Shown: piece by piece, positions 17,046 to 25,454 of the stretch | How positions within the stretch are numbered: the first letter of the stretch is position 1 | Layout: every line of letters begins with the position of its first letter | Source: Candidatus Falkowbacteria bacterium RIFCSPLOWO2_12_FULL_45_13 | GTDB taxonomy: Bacteria > Patescibacteriota > Patescibacteriia > Patescibacteriales > GWC2-42-12 | NCBI GenBank assembly: GCA_001778055.1 | Contig: MFFY01000036.1 | Location: 1-33,181 of the forward strand | Reading direction: 5' to 3' | DNA length: 33,181 nt | The notes under the pieces: model-generated | What the model saw: only the letters and a program-made list of their open reading frames with translations | Told to the model about the DNA's origin: nothing | Databases searched by the model: none | Program-made: the position numbers and the translations under genes

Positions 17046-18179
17046 CTAATTAATTATCGCCCAAACCTCATAAATCACTCCCAAAATAAACAAACCGGAC
17101 AAGAAATAAGCCCAAGGCTTGGTTAGTTTATTGTTAATCGCCGAAACTTGCTCCGGTTTGGCTTTAACTTTGAAAACCAGCCAGATTAAAATCAGGCCGG
17201 ACAGACCGCCGGTAACCGCGCCGGTAAAGCTGATGACTCCGGTCAAATTGATCCAACCGATTAAAAATAAAAAATAGGGAATAAACCCGGCCAAAAACCA
17301 GGCCAATTTGTTGCTTAATTTAAAATCCCACTCAAAAATTTCTTCCGCGGCCTGGGCCGTAACGATGTGAGAGGTAATTACGGCCAACAGGCCGAAAATC
17401 AAAGCCAGGGTAATCACGCCGTCGTTTAAGGCCAGAGCCAACCCGGCCAGGGCGTCGGGCGAAGTCCGAGCGCCGGTGATGCCTAAAATTATTAAAACAA
17501 AAAACAACATTAAACCGGCGGCCAGAAACGTTCCCCAGGCAATGGCGCTTTTAATTTTATGTTTCTCATAAGCCAACAGGCGGCAGACTTCCGGAATGGC
17601 CGCGCCGCCGCCAACGGCAAAAAATATCGGACCATAGGGCAAAAAAATGTTTTTCCAATTAATTAAATCATAATTGCCGGGCTCTATCTGGCCAAAGCCC
17701 CGCCAGGCGATTAGTCCCATGGCTACGACTAAAAGAGCGGTTAAAACCAATTCCGTGCCGGCGATCAATTTTATGTCAAAAAACGTTATTAATGAAACCA
17801 GGGCAAACAGGCCGGTTGAATAAAGAAAAATACTGCCGCCCAAATAGGGATTCAACAGCTGATACAAAAAAAGCCCGCCCGCGATGATATAGGCTAAAAT
17901 CGCGCCATAAGAGCTGATGACATCAACTAAAAAAGTAAATTTTTTGCTTTTTTCGTTAATATACTTGCCCACGAAACCGGGCAACCGGTGCTTATCTTTG
18001 GTCGACAAAACCGCCTCGGCAAAAAGCAGATGTAAAAAATATTGAATAACCGCCAACCCTGACATGTAAACAAACAACGGTATAATGCCGGCCTGATTGA
18101 TCACAAAAGGTATGGCAAATAAGCCGACGCCGATGATGGCGCCGATCAGGGTGGTGATTGCCAGAAGGTAATTGGACAT
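17046..18179 (-). CDS. Aromatic amino acid (Trp/Tyr permease-like) transporter
   Basis: LIGAIIGVGLFAIPF N-terminal motif and about 11 TM helices. Confidence 0.85.
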   Translation of the reverse strand: MSNYLLAITTLIGAIIGVGLFAIPFVINQAGIIPLFVYMSGLAVIQYFLHLLFAEAVLSTKDKHRLPGFVGKYINEKSKKFTFLVDVISSYGAILAYIIAGGLFLYQLLNPYLGGSIFLYSTGLFALVSLITFFDIKLIAGTELVLTALLVVAMGLIAWRGFGQIEPGNYDLINWKNIFLPYGPIFFAVGGGAAIPEVCRLLAYEKHKIKSAIAWGTFLAAGLMLFFVLIILGITGARTSPDALAGLALALNDGVITLALIFGLLAVITSHIVTAQAAEEIFEWDFKLSNKLAWFLAGFIPYFLFLIGWINLTGVISFTGAVTGGLSGLILIWLVFKVKAKPEQVSAINNKLTKPWAYFLSGLFILGVIYEVWAIIN

Positions 18180-18190
18180 AGGATATCTTG

Positions 18191-18217
18191 CCCCCTTGAT
18201 AAAAGGGTTGGGGGATT
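18191..18217. repeat. Family A-like hairpin-plus-G-tail element, intergenic
   Basis: CCCCCTTGATAAAAGGGTTGGGGGATT; its ends match the outer element at 29466-29530 (CCCCCTTGATAA...GGGGGATT). Confidence 0.65.
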
Positions 18218-18365
18218 ATATTTTAAAAAATCTCAAATTATCCTTTTTGAAATAATCCAAGACCCCGATCTTTTGATAAAAAAACCAACCCGTCGAAATC
18301 ATAATTAAAACAAAAACCAAAGCCAAAAAACCGGCTATTTTAATAAACTTGTCTAATTTTACCAT
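18216..18365 (-). CDS. Small single-TM protein, 49 aa (not in the ORF track)
   Basis: MVKLDKFIKIAGFLALVFVLIMISTGWFFYQKIGVLDYFKKDNLRFFKI*, co-oriented and directly upstream of the permease. Confidence 0.55.
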   Translation of the reverse strand: MVKLDKFIKIAGFLALVFVLIMISTGWFFYQKIGVLDYFKKDNLRFFKI

Positions 18366-18444
18366 GCTTTAATTATAGCTTAAAATAACCTTGTATACCA
18401 AATATAGATTGAGATGGTTACAAAACTATTTTTGCTGCAATTTG

Positions 18445-18502
18445 CCTGCCTGTCGGCGGGCAGGTAGCGCGGCTCGCGAAGCCTGCCTGCCGGCAGGCAG
18501 GC
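18445..18502. repeat. Pair of CCTGCCTGCCGGCAGGCAGG palindromes
   Basis: Degenerate copy at 18445-18464; perfect 22-bp palindrome at 18481-18502. Confidence 0.8.
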
Positions 18503-18510
18503 GATAACAT

Positions 18511-18540
18511 AAAAAAGCGCGCTACCTTGAGTGCGCGCTT
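18511..18540 (-). terminator. Intrinsic terminator for the upstream hypothetical gene
   Basis: AAAAAAGCGCGC..GCGCGCTT stem with a U-tract on the minus strand. Confidence 0.6.
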
Positions 18541-18562
18541 GGCGTTTAACGCCGGATACCTC

Positions 18563-19072
18563 CTATTCGCCCCCGACGATCTCGTCAAGTTCTTCAAAAA
18601 AACCTATAAATAGAGTCCCCAACGAGATAGGCGGCGTATCGGTGACTTGCGGGTCAAGGTTTTCGTGTCTGCCACCCATATAGAGCTCGCGTAATTTCTT
18701 TCGGGTCGCTTCAACCAAGCTCTGGTCATCCAAATAATATTGCTCTTTATGAAACCATTGCACCCAATAGGCGTGCCACAAAGAAATGGGATTCGTATCA
18801 ATCTTCACCAGCTTGGGCCCATGTCTTTCGCAAACGGTAAAAGTCAGCTTAACGACGCGCCTAATCCACCAGCGCCGCCTGTTTTTAGAACTGCGCAAAG
18901 AAATTACTTCGTCTGGCGGGAGCAATATCTTGGATACGCGCTTTAACATGCGGCCGCAATCTTGGATGGTGCAACGACGCCCGATTCGCTTGTAGAGGCG
19001 ATAAAAAAACCAGCCGGGCGCGATTACGGCAAAGGCCGAAACTATCGCGCCAAAAATGAGATATATGTTCAT
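18563..19072 (-). CDS. Hypothetical membrane-anchored protein with a possible Zn-ribbon
   Basis: ATG 19072 with AAGGA RBS; N-terminal TM; CTIQDC and CERH motifs. Confidence 0.7.
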   Translation of the reverse strand: MNIYLIFGAIVSAFAVIAPGWFFYRLYKRIGRRCTIQDCGRMLKRVSKILLPPDEVISLRSSKNRRRWWIRRVVKLTFTVCERHGPKLVKIDTNPISLWHAYWVQWFHKEQYYLDDQSLVEATRKKLRELYMGGRHENLDPQVTDTPPISLGTLFIGFFEELDEIVGGE

Positions 19073-19224
19073 CGTTATCCTTTCGTTATTGAAATTACTT
19101 AGGTTTAACAAACCTGTTCAGATTGTTTTGGTTGGGCTCTTCGCCGCGGCGGGAAAACCTCCGGTTAAAAGAACGCTTCAAATTATTTAAACATTATCAT
19201 AAAATCTAATTTATATCAAAACGA

Positions 19225-19433
19225 GGTTTAATACTTAAAAATGGTTGGTAATTTTTTGGCCAAATCAAAAATTTATCTTACGGACAGCTTATTTGTTGCT
19301 ATTTAGGCGCGTAAATACTAAATTAGTATATTGATACACACACTAATTCAAATCGATTTAAATTTGTTGTTAATCTACGCCTAATCTTACAACGAAAACA
19401 AAGTTTTCACCAACCAATTTTAAGTATTAAACC
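19225..19433. mobile_element. 209-bp MITE with 25-bp TIRs and an 8-bp target-site duplication
   Basis: GGTTTAATACTTAAAAATGGTTGGT (19225-19249) matches the reverse complement of 19409-19433 at 24/25; direct repeat CAAAACGA at 19217-19224 and 19434-19441. Confidence 0.9.
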
Positions 19434-19443
19434 CAAAACGACC

Positions 19444-19495
19444 AAATAAAAAACGGCAGAGACGCGATTAATCGCGTCTCTGCCGTTTTTTATTT
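19444..19495. repeat. 52-bp perfect palindrome with a REP-like core, in terminator position
   Basis: AAATAAAAAACGGCAGAGACGCGATT|AATCGCGTCTCTGCCGTTTTTTATTT, just past the stop of the translin-like gene. Confidence 0.9.
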
Positions 19496-19502
19496 AACCA
19501 AC

Positions 19503-20072
19503 CTATTTTCTCAAATTCACCTCGTAATTTATCTGCTCAATTTTCCTTAGATGGCCCTTGGCCTGATCATACTTGGTCCTTAGATAACCTCTCATATCGA
19601 ATTCGACCAGTTCGGCCATAATGTCATCGGCAATCTGATGGATTTTTTTCACTTCCTTATATTTCCCCAGGGTTGCCATCTTAATCGCCCAGCGGACCAA
19701 TTCGCCGATTAAATCCGACAGGCCGCCCAGATAACTTTCATAAGTTAAGCCGACTTTATTAATCTTATCAATCTTTTCTCCGGTCATGACCAGAAAAAAT
19801 AATTTGGCTTCGGCGTATTCTTCCGCCGCCGCCCGGTACGAGCCTTCTTCCAAAGGCCGCTCCAAACCGAACTTCTTTTCCAGGTCGGATAAAATCCACT
19901 CGATTTCCACAAGCATCTTGGCCGCGCGGTCCAGGTCATCGCGATGCAAAGAAAAAATCGCTTTTTTAGCGTCATGCAAAACCGCATTGGCCAAACTGAT
20001 AATCTGCCGGGCTTGGCTGGCATGGTCGTCAAACTCCTTTTTCAACTCACGAATGAATTTTTTGTTGATCAT
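19503..20072 (-). CDS. Translin/TRAX-family (C3PO-like) protein
   Basis: All-helical protein with AKKAIFSLHR, EEYAEA, YLGGLSDLIGELVR and LRTKYD, typical of the translin family. Start ATG 20072. Confidence 0.8.
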   Translation of the reverse strand: MINKKFIRELKKEFDDHASQARQIISLANAVLHDAKKAIFSLHRDDLDRAAKMLVEIEWILSDLEKKFGLERPLEEGSYRAAAEEYAEAKLFFLVMTGEKIDKINKVGLTYESYLGGLSDLIGELVRWAIKMATLGKYKEVKKIHQIADDIMAELVEFDMRGYLRTKYDQAKGHLRKIEQINYEVNLRK

Positions 20073-20076
20073 ATAA

Positions 20077-20165
20077 ACACAAATTAACACAAATTATCGC
20101 CTTACGGCGGAACAAATTTACGCAAATTTATATTGAATCTGTAATAAATTTGTGTAAATTTGTGC
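20077..20165. repeat. Short tandem repeats followed by their inverted copies
   Basis: ACACAAATTA x2, ACAAATTT, ACGCAAATTT, then AAATTTGTGT AAATTTGTG. Confidence 0.65.
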
Positions 20166-20167
20166 CT

Positions 20168-21862
20168 TTACTCCGAAACCCTGAAGACCTCGTCCACGCT
20201 GGTGATGCCTTCCAAGGCTTTCAAGAGCCCGTCCTGAACCATGGTAATCATGCCATTTTTCTTGGCAATATCGCGCATATCATATTCGCTGGCCTGGCCG
20301 CTCAAAACCATTTTTTCCATTTCCTGATTCATATTCATTACTTCATAGATGCCGATTCTGCCTCTGTAGCCAATGCCCTGGCAAGCCTGGCAGCCGGCGC
20401 CCTGATAAAATTTTAAATCATTGAAATCAATGACTTTCTTATCCTCCTCCGAGAGTCCGGCTAAAAGATCTTTGACCCGCCCTAAAACTTCTGTTTCAAG
20501 CTTAATCTCGTGTTTGCATTGCTGGCAAATCTTTCTAACTAACCTTTGACCAACCATGGCGTTTAAGGCTGGCGCCAACAGATAAGGCTTAGCGCCCATG
20601 GACAGAAATCTCGGGACGGTTCCGGCCGCGTCGTTGGTATGGATAGTGGACAGCACCAGGTGACCGGTCAAAGCGGCCTGAATGGCGATTTCAGAGGTTT
20701 CCAGGTCGCGGATTTCGCCCACCATGATAATATCCGGATCCTGACGCACGATTGAGCGCAAACCTTGGGCGAAAGCATAATTTTTGCTGGTTTGCGATTG
20801 ATTGACGCCGGAGAGCTGATATTCAATCGGATCTTCAATGGTGATAATCTTGGTTTCCTGGTTATTCAGTTTTTTTAAAATCGCGTAGAGCGTGGTAGTT
20901 TTACCCGAGCCGGTCGGACCGGTGGTGATAACCAGGCCGTTGGGGCGCTCCACCTCTCTTTTAAGCTGATCAAAGGCTCGGCCGCGAATGCCCAAATCAT
21001 TGAATTCCAAGCCGACAGCGCTGGATCTTAGCAGTCTCATCACCACGCTTTCGCCGAAATTGGTCGGTAAAAATGACGCCCGGATGTCAATCCGGTCGGC
21101 TTTTAAATAAATCGACAGGCGGCCGTCTTGCGGTTTATCCAGCACGTTAATTTTCACCCCGGCCAAAAGTTTCAAGCGCGAAATTATCTTCCCCCATGAT
21201 GATTTGTCTATAGCGGCCGCGTCATGCAAAACACCGTCAATCCTAAACCTGACTTTTATGGCCTGCTCCTCGGCTTCAATATGAACATCGGAAGCGTTGG
21301 ATTTTACGGCCGAAGCCAAAATCATGGTAACAATTTCCGTGGTCTGCGCCTGATTTATGCCACTCTGCAAATCCCGGAAACTGGAAAAATTTTCTCCGTA
21401 CTTATTTAAATCTTCTTCGGTGATTTTAACGCCCCTGACCACCTCTTTTACTTTAGGTATGGTTTTGTACATGTTCAAGCCGTAATTAAAACTGTTTTCC
21501 GTAACCAAATAAATTTTTATTTCGGAAAAATATTTTTCCGCCAATTCTTTGGCCAGGCTGACCGCCAAAGGATTAGCGGGGTTCAGGCTGGCCAGGCGGA
21601 TGCTTTTGCCATCATAAAAAAAACATAAAACGCCAAGTTCCTTTGCCTGGCCTTCCCCAATTAAAACCAAAGCTTCCGGGCTGATGGGGAAACCAATTAG
21701 ATCAACATAGGGCCAACCCATACTGTCGGCTCTTTGTTTAGTCAGCCGTTCCAGCTCTTTAATTTTAAACGCCTTTTGCTTGACCGCGAATTTGGCTGCC
21801 GCGCTTTCCTCGTTACTTGGCTCGCCGTCGTATAAATCTTTAATGGATGGAGTATTGGACAT
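20168..21862 (-). CDS. pilB: Type IV pilus / type II secretion assembly ATPase (PilB/GspE family)
   Basis: ASDVHIE, RFRIDG, GPTGSGKTTT, TIEDPIE, RQDPDIIMVGEIRD, ALTGHLVLSTIH, and a CxxC..CxxC Zn site. Confidence 0.93.
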   Translation of the reverse strand: MSNTPSIKDLYDGEPSNEESAAAKFAVKQKAFKIKELERLTKQRADSMGWPYVDLIGFPISPEALVLIGEGQAKELGVLCFFYDGKSIRLASLNPANPLAVSLAKELAEKYFSEIKIYLVTENSFNYGLNMYKTIPKVKEVVRGVKITEEDLNKYGENFSSFRDLQSGINQAQTTEIVTMILASAVKSNASDVHIEAEEQAIKVRFRIDGVLHDAAAIDKSSWGKIISRLKLLAGVKINVLDKPQDGRLSIYLKADRIDIRASFLPTNFGESVVMRLLRSSAVGLEFNDLGIRGRAFDQLKREVERPNGLVITTGPTGSGKTTTLYAILKKLNNQETKIITIEDPIEYQLSGVNQSQTSKNYAFAQGLRSIVRQDPDIIMVGEIRDLETSEIAIQAALTGHLVLSTIHTNDAAGTVPRFLSMGAKPYLLAPALNAMVGQRLVRKICQQCKHEIKLETEVLGRVKDLLAGLSEEDKKVIDFNDLKFYQGAGCQACQGIGYRGRIGIYEVMNMNQEMEKMVLSGQASEYDMRDIAKKNGMITMVQDGLLKALEGITSVDEVFRVSE

Positions 21863-21884
21863 ACAAAATTTAAAATGTAAATCT

Positions 21885-21982
21885 CCCCGGCCCGCCTCGC
21901 GTTAATTTGTCTGTTAATAATCGCTGATTATATCTAACGAACATTTATGATTAATAAACAATAAAACAGCGAGCGGGGCAGG
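21885..21982. repeat. About 100-bp imperfect hairpin element with GC-rich ends, upstream of pilB
   Basis: CCGGCCCGCCTCGC ... GCGAGCGGGGCAGG ends; AT-rich interior partly self-complementary. Confidence 0.5.
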
Positions 21983-22036
21983 CAAAATGAAAAATTAATA
22001 ATTTCTAATTCCTAATTAACCTAATTGATCTAATAA

Positions 22037-22146
22037 AATCCCAAATCCGAATGACCAATAACCAAACAAATCCCAATGAATAAATCCCAAAAAATAAATT
22101 AAAATTTAGGGCTTCATTGGACATTGGGATTTGGATATTTGGTATT
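22037..22146. repeat. Heptamer tandem array plus an inverted array
   Basis: AAATCCC/AAATCCG/AATGACC/AATAACC units, followed by CATTGGA CATTGGG ATTTGG ATATTTGG. Confidence 0.7.
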
Positions 22147-22175
22147 ATTCTCTAAATACATTATACCTCACGGGA

Positions 22176-23153
22176 CTAAGAATAAAAAGTCCGCGGATGT
22201 ATCAATTTTTTTTTGAACCTTTTCACCCTAATCAGTCCGGAAACGGGGATAACCTCCAGACCGCGCTTCTCCAGTTCATCCAGGAAAAGATTCATGCCCA
22301 GCGAATCCGACGACATGTGGCCGGCGATAACCACGTTGACGTGGCTCTTCTCCGCTTCTTTGCGATGATCTTCGCTCATATGCATGCCGATGATCGTGCC
22401 GATGCCGGCTTGCGCCATTTTTTCGTACATGTCCTTCGAACCGCTGGTGCCGCCGGTGAATTCGGTCACGGCGATACGGCCGCAGCTGGAATCGGGCGAA
22501 CCCACGAATATCTTCGGTCCGGCGCCGTATTTTATCGCCTCCCGATATTCCGGAATCTCCCGGAGCATCTCCATCACTTCGCCCACGGTTTCCGGTTGAC
22601 TTTTATCGAGAACACCAACCATGAAGCTTGCGCCCAGATTATCGGCCGCGGTATGCACGCACATATAATCCAATTTAAGCATCCTGGCCAAATCCACGTC
22701 ACGATTATGATTGATGGGCGAAATACCACGGCTAACTTCGCTGATTCTCGGCCTGATAACCGACTCGGCGATATTGATGGGCACGCCGTACTGGGCCAGG
22801 ACTTCAGCCTGCAGATCCATGACGCCGGACAGGTCGGCCAGCGCCTTACCTTCCGGATGGTGGCCGATAACCAGGTCGATGCCCAGCTTATCGGCGAGCA
22901 AAAGTTCGCTCCCTTTCATGTCGATACCGGCCAAAATTTTCTTCACGGCATTTCTCTCCGTATCCACCAGCACGCGGGTATCGCTGAAAGGATTGGACAG
23001 CTTTTCCGCGTCGAAATCCTTTTTTTCCGCCGCCGACATGGCTTCGTATTTCTTATTCAGACGCGCCAAATATTTTTTCACTTTTTCCAGTCCGCGCAAA
23101 TCGGCCTTGATGCCCATTTTAATCGCCAAATCGAAAATTTGTTGTGTGGTCAT
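22176..23153 (-). CDS. NIF3 / NGG1p-interacting factor family metal-binding protein
   Basis: ILAGID, VIGHHP, HTAADN, GMHMSE, IAGHMSSDSLGMN. Confidence 0.85.
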   Translation of the reverse strand: MTTQQIFDLAIKMGIKADLRGLEKVKKYLARLNKKYEAMSAAEKKDFDAEKLSNPFSDTRVLVDTERNAVKKILAGIDMKGSELLLADKLGIDLVIGHHPEGKALADLSGVMDLQAEVLAQYGVPINIAESVIRPRISEVSRGISPINHNRDVDLARMLKLDYMCVHTAADNLGASFMVGVLDKSQPETVGEVMEMLREIPEYREAIKYGAGPKIFVGSPDSSCGRIAVTEFTGGTSGSKDMYEKMAQAGIGTIIGMHMSEDHRKEAEKSHVNVVIAGHMSSDSLGMNLFLDELEKRGLEVIPVSGLIRVKRFKKKLIHPRTFYS

Positions 23154-23163
23154 ATGACATCCT

Positions 23164-23190
23164 TAGGGTCGAACAGCCGTTCACCCCTAC
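23164..23190 (-). repeat. GTAG-type REP downstream of the RAYT gene
   Basis: Minus strand GTAGGGGTGAACGGCTGTTCGACCCTA, a variant of the copy at 23465-23492. Confidence 0.8.
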
Positions 23191-23225
23191 TTTTAATTAT
23201 AAATATTTTTACAATAATTCTGCCT

Positions 23226-23774
23226 TTACGATTCTGTTATATTTTTATTTACGGCTAAATTTTCAATATCATTCGGCCAGTTGCCGGGATTGTTCCAAAT
23301 ATAATTTCGTATTCTATTTAAAGAATTTTCGTTTCTGATTATATGTTCGTAATAATTGCGCTGCCATAAATCCGTCCCGAGCATATTTCGAAATAAATTT
23401 ACCTGTTTTGTCGCGGCTGATTTATAACCGGCCATCAACGACGAAATTGATTTTGGCCGCATTCGTAGGGGCGAACGGCCGTTTGCCCCTACCGTTAGCG
23501 CATTGCCGCATTCGTTAATAAACACAATAAAATGAAAATAATTCGGCATGATGATAAATTCATCCAAATAAATTTCTTTTCTGATTACGCCCGTTCTCAA
23601 CCATTCCCTTTTAACGATAATGCCCAATTCATTTAACATCATTTCCTCTTCAACAATCTCCCCGAATAAACATTCCAGATTTTTTACGCAAATTGTCACG
23701 AAATACATGCCAGCCTGACTGTAATCATAGCCGGGCAAACGAATCGACCGCCGATTATATTTCCCTCCTTGCAT
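23226..23774 (-). mobile_element. REP-associated tyrosine transposase (RAYT/TnpA-REP, Y1 HUH superfamily); HUH motif altered
   Basis: RRSIRLPGYDYSQAGMYFVTIC, MPNYFH (expected MPNHxH), WQRNYYEHIIR and YIWNNP; GTAG REPs inside and downstream of the gene. Confidence 0.88.
23465..23492. repeat. GTAG-type REP in frame within the RAYT coding sequence
   Basis: GTAGGGGCGAACGGCCGTTTGCCCCTAC; encodes VGANGRSPL on the minus strand. Confidence 0.85.
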
Positions 23775-23777
23775 AAA

Positions 23778-24695
23778 TTAATTTTTTTCCATTCCCCTTA
23801 AGGCCGCGATTCTTTCTTCAATCGGCGGGTGGGTCATGAATAATTTTGTCAGCCAGCTGACCCGATGTTCCTCGTCTTCTTTAAAGGGCGAGGCGATATA
23901 GAGATGAGCTGTGGCGCGATTGGCCACTTCCAGGGGTTCCTTATCAGCCGAAATTTTTTCCAGCGCTCTTGCTAAACCATCGGGGTGGCGTGTCAACAGC
24001 GCGCCATCGGCGTCAGCCAGAAATTCTCGTTTACGGGAAATGGCGAATTGCATCAGATAGGCGAATATCGGCGCCAGGATTGATAAGATAATGGCGATGA
24101 TCATTAAAATCAGGCCTAATTGGCCGCCGCTCTTATTATCGTTTCTCCGGTGGCCGCCGAAAAATGACCATCTTCTAAACCAATCCGCCAATAAGACTAT
24201 CATGCCCACCATCACCGTGACCAAAGTAGCCAAGAGGATGTCGCGATTGCCGATATGCGATAGCTCATGGGCGATCACGCCTTCCAGCTCGGTCTTTTCC
24301 AACTTAGACAGCAACCCGCTGGTCACGGCCACCACCGCGTGGGCGGGATCTCGGCCGGTGGCGAAAGCGTTTGGCGCCGTGTCATTGATTATATAAATTT
24401 TAGGAACTGGCAAGCCGACTGTAATACAAAGATTTTCCACTAGGTGATAGAGCTCGCGGTTAGAGTCGTGATCAATTTCACGCGCGCTGGACATGGCCAG
24501 GACGATTTTGTCGCTCCACCAATAACTGATGAAACTGGAAACAATGCTAAAGGTAACGGCGAAATACAGAATCGCCTGATCGTTCATGATATAGCTAAAA
24601 ACATAGCCGATTAAAATGATGGCGACAAAAAAGGCGACAAACAAAGCCCAAGTCTTTCTTTTGTTGGAATCAATATGAGTATATAGGGTGGGCAT
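23778..24695 (-). CDS. htpX: Membrane zinc metalloprotease HtpX (M48)
   Basis: PNAFATG, AHELSH (HExxH), SRKREFLAD, THPPIEERI. Start ATG 24695. Confidence 0.95.
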   Translation of the reverse strand: MPTLYTHIDSNKRKTWALFVAFFVAIILIGYVFSYIMNDQAILYFAVTFSIVSSFISYWWSDKIVLAMSSAREIDHDSNRELYHLVENLCITVGLPVPKIYIINDTAPNAFATGRDPAHAVVAVTSGLLSKLEKTELEGVIAHELSHIGNRDILLATLVTVMVGMIVLLADWFRRWSFFGGHRRNDNKSGGQLGLILMIIAIILSILAPIFAYLMQFAISRKREFLADADGALLTRHPDGLARALEKISADKEPLEVANRATAHLYIASPFKEDEEHRVSWLTKLFMTHPPIEERIAALRGMEKN

Positions 24696-24709
24696 AAATA
24701 ATATCAATA

Positions 24710-24806
24710 AATTTCGCGACTGGAGCGAAGCGACAGGAGCAAATTTCTATCAATTTCAGAAATTAAGAAATTAGCTCCCCCGTGTCAAGCACGGGGTCGC
24801 GAAATT
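24710..24806. repeat. Composite inverted-repeat element between lemA and htpX
   Basis: Outer IR AATTTCGCGAC/GTCGCGAAATT; inner IR GGAGCAAATTTCT/AGAAATTAGCTCC; internal hairpin CCCCGTG-TCAAG-CACGGGG. Confidence 0.7.
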
Positions 24807-24822
24807 AATGGAAATTCATACA

Positions 24823-25389
24823 TTAAAACTTGACGTTCACCGCTTCCCGTTCAGCCGCGTTTTCCACCTCAAAAAACTCTCTTTCTTTAAAGCCCAACGC
24901 GCCGGCCATAAAATTAGTGGGAAAAACCTGCAACTTGGTGTTAAGATCCCTGACGTTGCCGTTATAAAATCTTCTAGCCGCCTGAACTTTATCTTCCGTA
25001 TCGGTCAATTCTCTCTGCAATTCCAAAAAATTCTGGTTAGCCTTTAAAACCGGGTAAGCCTCTGATAAGGCGAACAACGATTTTAAGGTTCCAGAAAGCA
25101 TGTTTTCCGCTTCAGCCAAAGCCTTATTGTCGCCGCCGGCCTGCGCCTGCATGGCTTGATTTCTGGCCTTGATTACTTTATCAAACGTGCCTTGCTCATG
25201 GGCCGCGTAGCCTTTGACGGTTTCCACCAGGTTCGGTATCAGGTCGTGGCGCCGTTTTAACTGCACGTCAATGTCGCTCCAGGCTTCGTCCACGCGCAAC
25301 TTCAAACGAATTAAACTGTTGTAGATGACGATGGCCGCTAAAATTAAAACGGCGATAACCGCTAAAACAATCCAGAGAAATGTAGTCAT
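24823..25389 (-). CDS. lemA: LemA family protein
   Basis: AWSDIDVQLKRRHDLIPNLVETVKGYAAHE, EAYPVLKANQNF, ARRFYN; usual pairing with htpX. Confidence 0.96.
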   Translation of the reverse strand: MTTFLWIVLAVIAVLILAAIVIYNSLIRLKLRVDEAWSDIDVQLKRRHDLIPNLVETVKGYAAHEQGTFDKVIKARNQAMQAQAGGDNKALAEAENMLSGTLKSLFALSEAYPVLKANQNFLELQRELTDTEDKVQAARRFYNGNVRDLNTKLQVFPTNFMAGALGFKEREFFEVENAAEREAVNVKF

Positions 25390-25400
25390 AAAATTTAACC

Positions 25401-25428
25401 TCGTAACTCATAACGCATAACTCATAAC
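25401..25428. repeat. Heptamer tandem repeat, four units
   Basis: TCGTAAC TCATAAC GCATAAC TCATAAC. Confidence 0.7.
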
Positions 25429-25454
25429 GCGATACAAGAAACGATCATTTTTAT

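Noticed and set aside
22037-22146. Possible CRISPR array
   Set aside because: Units are 7-10 bp with no unique spacers; no cas genes in the window.
22131-23258. 375-aa plus-strand ORF
   Set aside because: Antisense to the NIF3 gene in a GC-rich stretch; no recognisable motifs.
23226-23774. IS200/IS605 element with tnpB
   Set aside because: No tnpB or IS-type ends; sequence motifs and GTAG palindromes fit a RAYT-type gene better.
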